A DNA stretch of 64,000 bases from Mustelus asterias (Eukaryota), in the NCBI RefSeq assembly GCF_964213995.1, contig NC_135808.1, positions 20,460,001 to 20,524,000 of the forward strand, in the 5' to 3' direction. A program made the translations under genes and the position numbers. The notes beneath the pieces were generated by a model. The model searched no databases. It was given only the letters and a program-made list of their open reading frames with translations, and was not told the DNA's origin. Shown in pieces: positions 12,101-22,500 of the stretch (positions are counted from its first letter, which is position 1; every line of letters starts with the position of its first letter).

Positions 12101-15100
12101 CACACTGCGGTACCTGTTCGGACACACTGAGGGAGAATTTAGCATGGCCAATGCACCTAACGAGCACGTCTTTCAGACTGTGGGAGGAAACTGGGGCACA
12201 CGGAGGAAACTCACACAGACACGAAGAGATCGTGTAGACTCCACATAGACAGTAACTCAAGCTGGGAATTGAACCCGGCTCCCTGGCGCTGTGAGGCAGC
12301 ATTGCTAACCACTGTGCCACCGTACAACCCCTACCATATGGATAGTGTACCTGATAGTCAATTCTGGGTGGTGATCTTCCATCACGTTTCTCTGTATGGA
12401 GAGTTGAGAGAAAAGGTGGAATATTAGAAATATCAATATCCTGCAACACCATAAACGTCACAAAGCATACGAACAAGGAGCAGCAGTCCACCAAACAGCC
12501 CTCCGGTCTGCTCGGTTATTCAATAAGATCCTGGTTAATTTGATAGTAACCTCAGATCTGCATCATCCTTTCCCCTGATTAATTATTTTCTCCCCACCCC
12601 TTAGTTTGTGAAGAATCTATCCATTTCTGCCTTAACCATATTTAAGGGCTTTGCTTCCAACATTCTTTGAGGAAGAGAGTTCCAAAAACTCATGATCCTC
12701 TGATTGAAACAAAGCTCCCTCCTCTCCATCTACAATGGGCGACACCTTATTTCTAAACACAAGCCCGAGTGTGACATTGTCCCAAAAGCGGGATCATCAT
12801 TGCCACATCCACTCTGTCAATACCCTTCAGGATCCTAAAAGTTTCAATCAAGTTACCACTTACTCTTCTCCAGCGGAGACAAACCTAGCCTGTCTAACCT
12901 TTCCTCTTAAGACGGCCCACACAATGTCAAAAACAAACTGAAGCCAAACTTCATATTAAGGATTCATTACTCACCAGTGAAATGGACTTGTGCGGAGATT
13001 GGTTCAACACTTCAAAAGAAAGGAAATAAAATTAAACTAAAGTTTTAGATGTTTGAGAGATGAAATAAACATCCCTTAAAATCAGTCTTGGTTTCATTTA
13101 CCAACCTTGGATCTGTTGTTCGGCGAAATCTGCGAGGAACTGACAGATAAAACAGGGAAAAATATTAAATAATATTTCAGGGCTTTTTTGACATTTGGAA
13201 ATAACTTATTTGTTCGATACTTCTATGCCAAAGAATCTCAGATACATGGAAAGTTTGCATTACAAACAGGGACCGCTCTGCCCATCAAGTTTGTACCAGC
13301 TGACAACCAAGCAACATAGCCTCACCGCACTTTCCAGCATACAAGGATATGTAGAGGGACAGGTAGTATTGAGGAAGCAGGGGGGCTGCAGAAGGACTTG
13401 GACAGGTTAGGAGAGTGGGCAAAGGAGTGGCAGATGGAATATAATGTGCAAAACTGTGAGGTTATGCACCTTGGAAGGAGGAATGGAGGCATAGACTATT
13501 TCCTAAGTGGGAAAATGCTTAGGAAATCAGAAGCACAATGGGACTTGGGAGTCATTGTTCAAGATTCTCTTAAGGTTAATGTGCAGGTTCAGTCGGCGGT
13601 TAGGAAGGCAAATGCAATGTTAGCATTCATGTCAAGAGGGCTAGAATGCAAGAGCAGGGATGTACTTCTGAGGCTGTATAAGGCTCTGGTCAGACCCCAT
13701 TTGGAATATTGTGAGCAGTTTTGGACCCCATATCTAAGGAAGGATGTGCTGGCCTTGGAAAGGGCCCAGAGGAGGTTCACAAGAATGATCCCTGGAATGA
13801 AGAGCTTTTTGCATGAGGAACGATTGAGGACTCTGGGTCTGTACTCATTGGAGTTTAGAAAGATGAGGGAGGATCTTACTGAAACTTATAGGATATTGCG
13901 AGGCCTGGACGTGGAGAGGATGTTTCCACTAGTGGGAAAAACTAGAATCAGAGGGCACAACCTCAGGCTAAAGGGACGATCCTTTAAAACAGAGATGAGG
14001 AGGAATTTCTTCAGCCAGGGAGTGGTGAATCTGTGGAAGGCTGTGGAGGCCAGGTCATTGAGTGTCTTGAAGATAGAGATAGATAGATTCTTAATTAATC
14101 ATGGTGTCAGGGGTTATGGGGAAAAGGCAGGAGAATGGGGATGAGAAAAATACCAGCCATGATCGAATGGCGGAGCAGACTCGATGGGCCGAGTGGCCTA
14201 ATTGTGCTCCTATGTCTCATGGTCTTTTGCTCTCATTTGGGCCATATTTCTGCAGCTTACCACATTAAAGGTTCACATCGAGATACCTTATAAATGGATT
14301 GAGGCTTTCTGCCTCTTCCATTATTTCTGGCAGTGAGTCTCAACCTCTATGACCCTCTGGGTGACAATATCTTTTCCCACCTCCCTTTTAATATTGCCAC
14401 TAAACACCATAACTCTATACCCCCCAGTAAGAAGTCTCACAACACCAGGTTAAAGTCCAACAGGTTTATTTGGTAGCACCCCAGTCCAACGCTGGCATCT
14501 CCACATCATCTATGCCACCTAGCCACTGACCTTTATTGCCAATGTAAATAGGCTCCTCAAATCGAATCAATGAGTCTATTTTTGTCCATCTCAATTGAAT
14601 CTCCCATCAGACTTCTCTGTCCCAAGGACAACAATCCTAACCTATCGAATCTCTCGTCATAGCTGGACGTTTTCCAGTCCTGGCCACCTTCTTGTAATTC
14701 TCCTCTGTTCCCTCTCCAGTGCAATTCTATCCTTCCTGTAATCTTGACACCAGAACTGCACTCAAGTTATGGCCTAACTAATGATTTGTACATTTCCAGA
14801 ATATCATTCCTGCTCTTGTACTCTAGACCTTGGTTAAATGAAAGGATTCCATATGCCTTATCGACGTTGCCTTGTTTCAAGCAGAAAGTAGATATAGTTC
14901 GTTGAGCTAAAGGGATCAAGGGATATCAAGGGGGCGGGGGGGGGGGGGGAGGGTTCAGGATATTGAATTTGATGCTGAGCGACAATGAATGGCGGAGCAG
15001 GTATGAAGGGCCGAATGGCCTACTCCTGCTTCGAGTGCCAATGCTTCTATGTATCCTGCAACATTCACAGATCTGTGGACATTCACTTCAACGCCTGTCT

Positions 15101-18100
15101 ACAGTTCTCAGTAATGTCCCAAAAGATTGTATATTTCTTTGCATTGTTTGATCTCTTAAAACTTCGCATTTTCCGTGTAGATTTCCATTTGCGTTATAAT
15201 GTGTACATTATAACTGCGATTCATATATATTTCATGCCTATTAACTGTTGTAACTCTTAATTCAAGTTAAATACCTTTTATCGGGCACTTGTGCCTGTAG
15301 CAGACACTTCCAGTAAGCATCAATCCAACGATTATCACTGCGCTGGTGCACCAAAGGATCTTCATGGCAGTTGTTCGACCTGAGGGGAGGATTATGAAAG
15401 CACATTAAACTGCATTTCTACAACTTAGCCGCTTCCTTTCATTCTGTGGTCAGCGAATGTCAAGCACCGCTGCATGAAGAAATCAATACATTGTATAATT
15501 CATTTTGACTCAAAATTGTAAAGTCTGTATTTTTTTTCTGGTTAAATTCACAAAAGTCGCGCCACTATCAATCTGTCTCCTTGCTCTTATGACGTGTTTG
15601 AGCAAAGAGTAAGGATTGGATTCAACTGACAAAAGTAAGCAAGGAAATGTCTATCGGTGCTGAAACATTAAATTTAAACAGTTACGTTGGGAATTGGAGA
15701 AACCCCGGGTGATGCTCTGGGGACCCGCGTTCAAATCCCACCGCGGCAGATGATGAAAATTGCATCCTGGAATTAAAAGTCTATTGAAACCTTTGCCGAT
15801 TGTCGTAAAATTCTAACTGTTTTACGAGTGCTCTTTAGGGAAGGAAATCTGCCAATCTTACCTGTTCTGGTCTCCATTTGAATCCAGACCCACAGCAATG
15901 TGGTTGACCGTAAGATACCCAGTAAGTCACTCTCAGGGCAATTATGTGTGGTAATAAATGTTGGCCCAGCCTATGACGTGTACGTCCCATGAATAAAGAC
16001 AAATTCTGGGAGACTTTAGTACTGTCTGACTGTAGCCCTATTCAGAACGCACGATCGGACCACAGAGTCACAATTCAATTGATTGCAATGGAACTGAACA
16101 TCAGAAACCGGGTATCAATGTGTCGGACCGATCACCTTCATGGAAGTTCACGCCTCCCATCAGGCCATCACTGTTGGCTAATTTATCCAGCCTTCCATCA
16201 TTCATGGTCCGATCTTAGTAGTGCAGCCTTGGCATAACGAAGATTTTTATTTAATGAATTCACAGATACTTCTTCGATGCATGAATAAAACAAAAACTTT
16301 GGTGCAATTATACATGCCATTTTCACCTGAATACTTTTCCACATAGATATTAATTTGCTGGAACTAACAAGCAGTACTCACGTCTAACTATAAGTTTTGT
16401 CCCTGGTCCATACTTTGCCCCGAATCTCATATATTCCACTTTGCAATAGTAGGCTCCTGAATCGTGCACTTTGGTATCTGTTATTTTCAGCGAAGCGTCA
16501 TTCTTTGCTCGGAAGGCGTCCCTGCCTGCTAGAAAGACGCGTCCTCTGTATTGGTTTGTTTTATTGGACACTTCAGTACCATTTTGTATATTTCGGTACC
16601 ACGTGTAGGAAGCTCTAAGTGTTGGGCCAAGGCAGGTGCAGTGCAGATCCACGGTTTCGCCTTCAGATGCAATAATCCAAGGTGGGGTCTGGATCACCAT
16701 GATCTTCCCAAATGTTAATCCTGTTATGAAATGGAAAATATCCAACATATACAAAGAGGCCAACGATAAAAAGCCAAATAAAGATCGAAATATGAGAAGC
16801 ATAGACTAGATTCGCAGTCGCTGGCAGTGCAAGGTGGTCGGTAACCAAAGGATTATCATTTAGACATCCCTGCTGATATTCAGTCCAATGACTTCAATCG
16901 GGTAGAACATTGCAGCATATAAACAGCGCCTTTGCGCGAGGACTCAATGCAATTTGCTACCTTAAACATAGGAACATAGGAATTAGGAGCGAGAGTAGGC
17001 AATTCAGTCCTTCGAGCCCGCTCTGTCATTCCATATGATCATGGCTGATTTCCCTCTCATCCTAACTCCAATTCCCTGCTTTTTCCGCATAACCCTTCAT
17101 CCCGCTTTTAATTAAATATGTATCCATCTCTTTCTTGAATCCATTGATTGATTCTGCATCCACAGCACTCTGGGGCAGCGAGTTCCAGAGATTCACAACA
17201 CTCTTTGAGAAGTAGCCTGAAGTCAGTGAACATCAAAAAGGAGAAAAAATGATTAACATTTTGAGTGGAGTTCTTCATGCGACTCTGTAGAATTCCACCT
17301 TTGGGTTAAGTTACCGTTTCACAGCGAGATGTCAACCAACTTGTATTGCGTGCATTGTTGGTTTCCCTACCTAAGCAAGAGTATACTTGTCAGAGAGGGA
17401 GTGCAGCGGAGGTTCACTAGACTGATACCGGGGTTGGCGGGACTCTCCTCTGGGGAGAGATTGGTTCACTTGGGCCTGTATTTATTAGCGTTTAGAAGGA
17501 TGAAAGCGATCTCACTGAAACTTTTAGAATTCTAACAGGGCGGGACAGACTGGATGCAGGGAGCATGTTTTCCCTGGCTGAGGAATCTAGAATCGGGGGT
17601 CATAGTCTCAGAATACGGGTAGACCTTTTAGAATTGAAATGAAATAACATTACCTCCCTCAGAGAGTGATGAACCAATGGAATTCCCTACAACAGAAGGC
17701 TGGGGAGGTCGAATGAGTGAATTTTCTCATGAAATATATGTTTAAAAATATATTTTAGTGGCATCAGGGGGTTGGGGAGAAAGCAGAAATATGGGATTGA
17801 GATAGAGGATCAGCCATGATCATATTAATTGGGGGAAAAAGATCGAAGGGCCGAATAGTCTTCTCTTACTTTTAGTTTCCATTGAGGCAAAAATTCCATG
17901 GATCATTCTGGTGACGGAGAAGGGGCCGAGAGTTTGCTTTATAACATCGGGGATTATAATAAGCCAGTCTGGAAAATTTTTCCAAAATACGATCGTGCAT
18001 TAAACTGCCCCACAGTTGCAGTTGGCTGCTTCAGGGAGCCGAACTCTATGCATTCCTACCTTTTCGAGAGTTGAGCCTTTTGCTGTTAGTGCATTTAAAT

Positions 18101-19026
18101 CGATTTAAAATGCAGCAGAGGGGTATATCAGACCAATACATTACCGTTCCTGAACGGGGAGATCATTAAAAATCTCAGGGTTAACGGTTAATCCAGAAAA
18201 TGAACTGGACCAGGCATACAAATACAATGGCTACAAGAACAGGTCAGATGTTGGGAATTTTGCGGCGAGTCACTCCCCTTTTGATTCCTCCAAGCCCTGT
18301 GCACCACCTACAAGGGACAAATCAGGAGTGCGATGGAATACTCTTTCCCTACCTGGGTGAGTGCAACTCCAGAAACACTCACAATCACGACACCACCCTT
18401 GGCAAAGCAGCGTGCCTGATTCTCCGCCACTTTCTACATTTCACTCCCTCCACCATCGACACACAGTGGCTGCCGTGTGCACCATCTACAAAATGCATTG
18501 CAGCAACTCACCAAATACCCTTCGATAGTATCTTCCAACTCTGCCACCTCTACCATCTTGAAGGACGAGGGCAGCAGACACATGTGGACACTGGAGGTTC
18601 CCTTTCAAGCCCCTCACCATCCTACCTTGGAAACATATCTGTCGTTCCTTTATTTTCGCTGGGCCAAAATCCTAGCACTCCCTCCCTAACAGCACGGTAG
18701 ATGTACCGATACCACAGAAACTGCAGTGGTTCACTCTGGGGCTCACCACCCCTTTCTCAGGGGCAATTAGAAATGGAAAATAATGCTCTGGGGCGAGCGT
18801 GGATGGAAAATCCCGCCCAAAAAACTGCTGGTCTCTCCACATAAATGAATACCGTGAAAGATGCTACGATTTGTAATTTGTCATCCTGAATAAATTAATC
18901 TTTTCCATGTTTCTGTTGCACTGAGTCTTCCTAGAATCTACTAGAACAATATGAAATAAATTGTAAATAGTTAAACATGTTACCGGAGAGAAGAACAGCA
19001 GCATAGATCACTGTGTTTGGATTCAT
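6064..19026 (-). CDS. Gene A (whole model): NKp30/NCR3-like single VJ-Ig receptor with ITIM tail, inhibitory type, ~245-246 aa
   Basis: Phase-compatible GT-AG exons: 19026-18984, 16720-16382, 15379-15275, 13139-13106, 13009-12975, 12391-12351, 9938-9852, [7096-7010], 6117-6064. Product: MNPNTVIYAAVLLS-GLTFGKIMVIQTPP...YYCKVEYMRFGAKYGPGTKLIVR-RRTTAMKILWCTSAVIIVGLMLTGSVCYRHKCPIK-VPRRFRRTTDP-SVEPISAQVHFT-EKRDGRSPPRIDYQ-ANEFDNVQYGTLIFNEGKRTFQPSVANDK-(ANEFDNVQYGALIFNEGK* or TNTEENVQYCTLKINEV*). Exon sizes 43, 339, 41 and 87 nt match gene B. Confidence 0.8.
6643..6963 (-). mobile_element. HE1-type V-SINE (tail b), present only in duplication unit 1
   Basis: Interrupts ggtaacat|gctaactg, which is intact at ~9800. 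Confidence 0.88.
7010..7096 (-). CDS. Gene A ITIM exon copy 2 with in-frame TGA (ANEFDNVQYGALIFNEGK*)
   Basis: Duplicate of 9938-9852 with intact splice sites. Codon 19 (7042-7040) is TGA where copy 1 has CGA. Confidence 0.7.
7440..8620 (+). mobile_element. SacSINE1-like DeuSINE head joined to the 3' part of a second CR1/L2-group LINE family (duplication unit 1)
   Basis: The SINE-like head is followed by a degenerate RT C-terminus (NW.CHIN.VATRAGQ.. region) ending in ...aaatgctggcc..cccacgaatgaa. Confidence 0.7.
9048..9348 (-). mobile_element. HE1-type V-SINE (tail b) at the duplication junction
   Basis: Paralogous to 12018-12322. Confidence 0.85.
9852..9938 (-). CDS. Gene A ITIM exon copy 1 (ANEFDNVQYGTLIFNEGKRTFQPSVANDK)
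   Basis: Acceptor tctctttaagcag|G, donor AAG|GTGAGG, 87 nt, phase 0-0. VQYGTL fits the ITIM consensus; homologous to gene B 35793-35707. Confidence 0.82.
10408..11575 (+). mobile_element. Same DeuSINE plus LINE remnant in duplication unit 2
   Basis: Collinear with 7440-8620; ORF 10810..11064 contains LGVTIDQMLNWTCHINTVATRAGQ. Confidence 0.7.
12018..12322 (-). mobile_element. HE1-type V-SINE (tail b)
   Basis: Head, V-domain and tail b are present. Confidence 0.85.
12351..12391 (-). CDS. Gene A cytoplasmic exon (EKRDGRSPPRIDYQ)
   Basis: Long pyrimidine tract ending ...ccatacag|AG, donor CAG|GTACAC, 41 nt, phase 1-0; homologous to gene B 38304-38264. Confidence 0.8.
12975..13009 (-). CDS. Gene A cytoplasmic mini-exon (SVEPISAQVHFT)
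   Basis: Acceptor ttcctttcttttgaag|T, donor CTG|GTGAGT, 35 nt, phase 2-1. Confidence 0.65.
13106..13139 (-). CDS. Gene A cytoplasmic mini-exon (VPRRFRRTTDP)
   Basis: Acceptor ttttatctgtcag|TT, donor AAG|GTTGGT, 34 nt, phase 1-2; restores frame with the next exon across a 96-nt intron. Confidence 0.6.
13340..14228 (+). mobile_element. CR1 LINE 3' fragment in a gene A intron
   Basis: ORF 13398..14144 encodes a CR1 RT C-terminus. Confidence 0.92.
14235..14860 (-). mobile_element. Degenerate CR1 3' fragment containing a short Penelope-type insert (~14428-14508)
   Basis: Decayed CR1-like sequence interrupted by aagaagtctcacaacaccaggttaaagtccaac, which also occurs at 20756. Confidence 0.6.
15275..15379 (-). 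CDS. Gene A exon 3, transmembrane exon (RRTTAMKILWCTSAVIIVGLMLTGSVCYRHKCPIK)
   Basis: Acceptor cctcccctcag|GT, donor AAG|GTATTT, 105 nt, phase 1-1. A hydrophobic stretch is followed by basic residues. Confidence 0.82.
15700..15996 (+). mobile_element. SacSINE1-like DeuSINE
   Basis: ggggacccg.gttcaaatccc..ctttagggaaggaaatctgcc..cacagcaatgtggttgac..aataaatgttggccc. Confidence 0.7.
16382..16720 (-). CDS. Gene A exon 2, VJ-type Ig V-set domain (NCR3/NKp30-like)
   Basis: Lies within ORF 16350..16802. Acceptor ttcataacag|G, donor C|GTGAGT, 339 nt, phase 1-1. B-strand Cys, WY, DSGAYYC and J-like YGPGTKLIV are all present. Confidence 0.93.
17340..17880 (+). mobile_element. Degenerate CR1 3' fragment
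   Basis: ORF 17329..17535 contains EGVQRRFTRLIPGL. Confidence 0.8.
18165..18790 (+). mobile_element. 3' fragment of the second CR1/L2-group LINE family
   Basis: ORF 18200..18700 begins NWTRHTNTMATRTGQMLGILRRVT; homologous to ~7900-8520. Confidence 0.75.
18984..19026 (-). CDS. Gene A exon 1, signal peptide MNPNTVIYAAVLLS(G)
   Basis: ATG at 19026, 43 nt, phase-1 donor G|GTAACA; same length and phase as the gene B leader exon. Confidence 0.8.
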
Positions 19027-19120
19027 TCCTGTCCTCTGACTCCACATAATAGACTTTGACAAGGAAGCGTGCAGAGAAGATGAGCACTGTCTTTTTTATT
19101 GTAAATACCACTCCGGCCCA

Positions 19121-19138
19121 GGATGTGATGAAATGGAA
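19121..19138. promoter_or_regulatory. Conserved proximal promoter block of gene A (GGATGTGATGAAATGGAA)
   Basis: 16/18 identical to 47355-47372, at a similar distance (~100 nt) upstream of the ATG. Confidence 0.5.
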
Positions 19139-19892
19139 GAAGTTACTTCTCGCTGTCTATTTTTGTAGACCGGGCTTTTTTCTCTCGGCTAAGTTCTGTA
19201 TTTATGCATGCTTGCCTGCATTCTTTATCTCCCCCCTCCCCCCCAATAAATAATGAAAAATACCAGAATACCGAAACAAACACAGGAAATGCTAAATGCT
19301 GGGACCACTCATCCTGTCAGGTTAGAATCCATAGAGAATTTAGACATGTTAACGTTTCAGATGCAAGCTCTTCCTCAAACACATCTGCTCAGGCCATGAA
19401 TGTAACTGATGTTTGCTGTGCTTGGAATATTTTCTTTTTTAATGAGGTCTGTATTAAAACTGGCCCCCAAGGGTAATGATCATTGACTAATGTCAGTTAA
19501 CACGACCTCCTGGCTGTCCCTTCAAAAATATCAAATACTTGTAGGTCCACTCCTCACCGAAGCTTCCCTTTGTTACATTACCGACTTCTTGCTCAACCAA
19601 ATGATTTTTTAATGACATCTTCCTTACTCATTTGTTTAGGATAGGACAGGAGAAATATGCTCTCGGGCTGACATGGTTGATATCTTGGACTTATTATCTC
19701 AGATTTTGCTGACTTAGTGAAAACTCCTCATTAAATCACACTCCTATCAGTGACACTTTATTTTCATAGTTCTTTTGCTGGGAGATACTTTTTTCTCTCT
19801 GTTGCTGTTGGTATTTGGAAAAAGTTGCTTTACGTTTAAAACAATGGTTGCATATGAACATAAAACTGCGTAAGCAGAAGATTAGAAAGTCT

Positions 19893-20242
19893 TTTTCATT
19901 CATTCATGGCCCATGGGGATCGCTGGCTGGCCAGCATTTATGACCCATCCGTAGTTGCCCTTGGAGGGCAGTTGCGAGTCAACCACATTGCTGTGGCTCT
20001 GGAGTCACATGAAGGCCACACCGGGTAAGGATGACAGATTTCGTTCGCTAAAGGACATTAATGAACCAGATGGGATTTTCCAACAGTCGAGATTGTTTTC
20101 ACGGTCATCAGTAGATTCTTAATTCCAGATTTTTAAAAAATTGAATTCAAATCCACCATCTGCCATGGCTGGATTCCAACGCGGGTCACCAGAATATTAG
20201 CGCTTTTCCTTGGTTACTGTTGATAATACCACTAGGCCGTTG
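19893..20242 (-). mobile_element. SacSINE1-like DeuSINE
   Basis: Reverse complement of the element at 47656-48005. Confidence 0.75.
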
Positions 20243-20713
20243 CCGAATGCAAATGATTACCAAGTAGGGAACATTTATAGTAATGCAGAGTGCATAGCAA
20301 TGAGTGTTTAAAATATAACGTGATATCGCCTCCTTTTCCATTCAGTTAATATGTAGTCTGGAGTGATAAAGGTCTAAATCGACGATGTAGTACAAACCTA
20401 ATCACTCAGTTACAAATGTTAACTCGAATGCACTGAGCCATATACTTGTGAAACACTACATATTAAAACTAGCTTAATGTGGAGCACGTTGTTGTAATTG
20501 TGTCCTCCTCTCCATAGAGTAAGTTCCTGATAAGTTCCCAGTGCTGAGAACACGAGGTTTCATGAAGGGTTTAATGATGGGAGAGAATGTAAGCTTCCCC
20601 ATCAACTTTGCAGGCTGCAAGTTCTCACAATCTGACTCTGTGAAATGTAAATAAGTGTGTGGAAGTGGTTATCAGGTCAGATAAGTCAGATTCAGGCAGA
20701 ATTAGGCTGCAGT

Positions 20714-20931
20714 CATGACGTGGAGGTGCCGACGTTGGACTGGGGTGGGCATAATAAGAAGTCTCACAACACCAGGTTAAAGTCCAACGGGTTTATTTGG
20801 AATCATGAGCTTTCGAAGCAATGCTCTTTCCTCAAGTGAACCACTCACCTGAGGAATGAGCTGTGCTCCGAAAGCTCGTGATTCCAAATAAACCTGTTGA
20901 ACGTTAACCTGGTGTTGTGAGACCTCTTACT
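20714..20931. mobile_element. Penelope-like element terminal repeats in inverted (hairpin) arrangement
   Basis: Imperfect inverted arms of ~85 bp (20756-20839 and 20845-20929), each carrying a minimal hammerhead-like motif. Confidence 0.7.
20845..20881 (+). ncRNA. Minimal type-I hammerhead ribozyme motif (Penelope-associated)
   Basis: TCAC-CTGAGGA-a-tGAGC-tgt-GCTCc-GAAA-GC-TC-GTGA: stem I TCAC/GTGA, core CUGANGA...GAAA, stem II GAGC/GCTC, palindromic AGCT stem III. Confidence 0.6.
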
Positions 20932-21334
20932 TCGGCTACAGTAACAGAGCAGACAGGAGGGGTTAAATGATTCAAGCTAACACGATCATGTTGACAGTTT
21001 GCTCATATGTGAATGCAATTACAGTATTAAAATGAAATGGAATATGATTCTAAGTATGTATTGGACTATTAAACATATTGTTAAAATGTATTTCTTAAAT
21101 ATAAATGCATTGTTCGCCTTAGTCAAAAATGCAAATGCTCCAGAAATATAATGATAGGTCAACAGTTCAAAAGTTAAAGCCCATTAGTCAACAGAACAAG
21201 CTTTAATAGTTTCAGTCCCGGGACAGTTGTTGAAACATAATGTAAAGTCATAGAGGCACACAGTGTCCAGACATAAGAAAGTATCTTTCTAATGGGCCCA
21301 GAGAATCACTTATCTCACTGTCTGACAATACGCC

Positions 21335-22275
21335 GAACAAAGAACAAAGAACAGTACAGCACAGGAAACAGGCCCTTCGGCCCTCCAAGCCTGTGCCGCT
21401 CCTTCGTCCAACTAGACCAATCGTTTGTATCCCTCCATTCCCAGGCTGCTCATGTGACTATCCAGGTAAGTCTTAAACGACATCAGCGTGTCTGCCTCCA
21501 TCACCCTACTTGGCAGCGCATTCCAGGCCCCCACCGCCGTCTGTGTAAAGAGCAACCCTCTAATATCTGAGTTATACTTGGCCCCTCTCACCTTGAGCCC
21601 GTGACCCCTCGTGATCGTCACTTCTGATCTGGGAAAAAGCTTCTCACCGTTCACCCTATCTATCCCCTTCATAATCTTGTACACCTCTATTAGATCTCCC
21701 CTCATTCTCCGTCTTTCCAGGGAGAACAACCCCAGTTTACTCAATCTCTCCTCATAGCTGAGACTCTCCATACCAGGCAACATCCTGGTAAACCTTCTCT
21801 GCACTCTCTCTAACGCCTCTACGTCCTTCTGGTAGTGCGGCGACCAGAACTGGATGCAGTACTCCAAATGTGGCCTAACCAGCGTTCTATACAGCTGCAT
21901 CATCAGACTCCAGCTTTTATACTCTATACCCCATCCTATAAAGGCAAGCATACCATATGCCTTCTTCACCACCTTCTCCACCTGTGTTGTCACCTTCAAG
22001 GATTTGTGGACTTGCACACCTAGGTCCCATTGTGTTTCTATACTCTTGATGACTCTGCCATTTATTGTATAACTCCTCCCTACATTATTTCTTCCAAAAT
22101 GCATCACCTCGCATTTATCCGGATTAAATTCCATCTGCCACCTCTCCGCCCAATTTTCCAGCCTATCTATATCCTGCTGCATTGCCCGACAATGCTCATC
22201 GCTATCCACAAGTCCAGCCATCTTCGTGTCATCCGCAAACTTGCTGATAACACCAGTTACACCTTCTTCCAAATC
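21335..22275 (-). mobile_element. CR1 LINE 3' fragment with open RT C-terminal ORF
   Basis: ORF 21412..22272 contains FADD; (aagaaca)n tail. Confidence 0.95.
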
Positions 22276-22500
22276 ATTGCCTATGGGAAAGGTTTAGCAG
22301 AAGAAGAGTCCCTAACAACATAGCAACCAGGAAATGGACTCTGTTAGTTGGAATATGTCCGGTATTAAATGGACAAATAGAATATCGTTATATTGAGTGG
22401 CATACTGTAATTGGCTGAGGTAATCTGTCTTGTATTGGACTGACATGTTAACAGTGAATGAAATAATCTCTAAGCACATTAGAAGGTGCATGTTTAGATT

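Larger units (their letters stand above)
6211..12325. repeat. Tandem ~3-kb intragenic duplication (units ~6211-9349 and ~9350-12325)
   Basis: Both units start (t/g)atcctgata(c/t)gttttcat and share, in the same order, intron sequence, an ITIM exon, a DeuSINE plus LINE remnant, and a terminal SINE. Confidence 0.9.
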
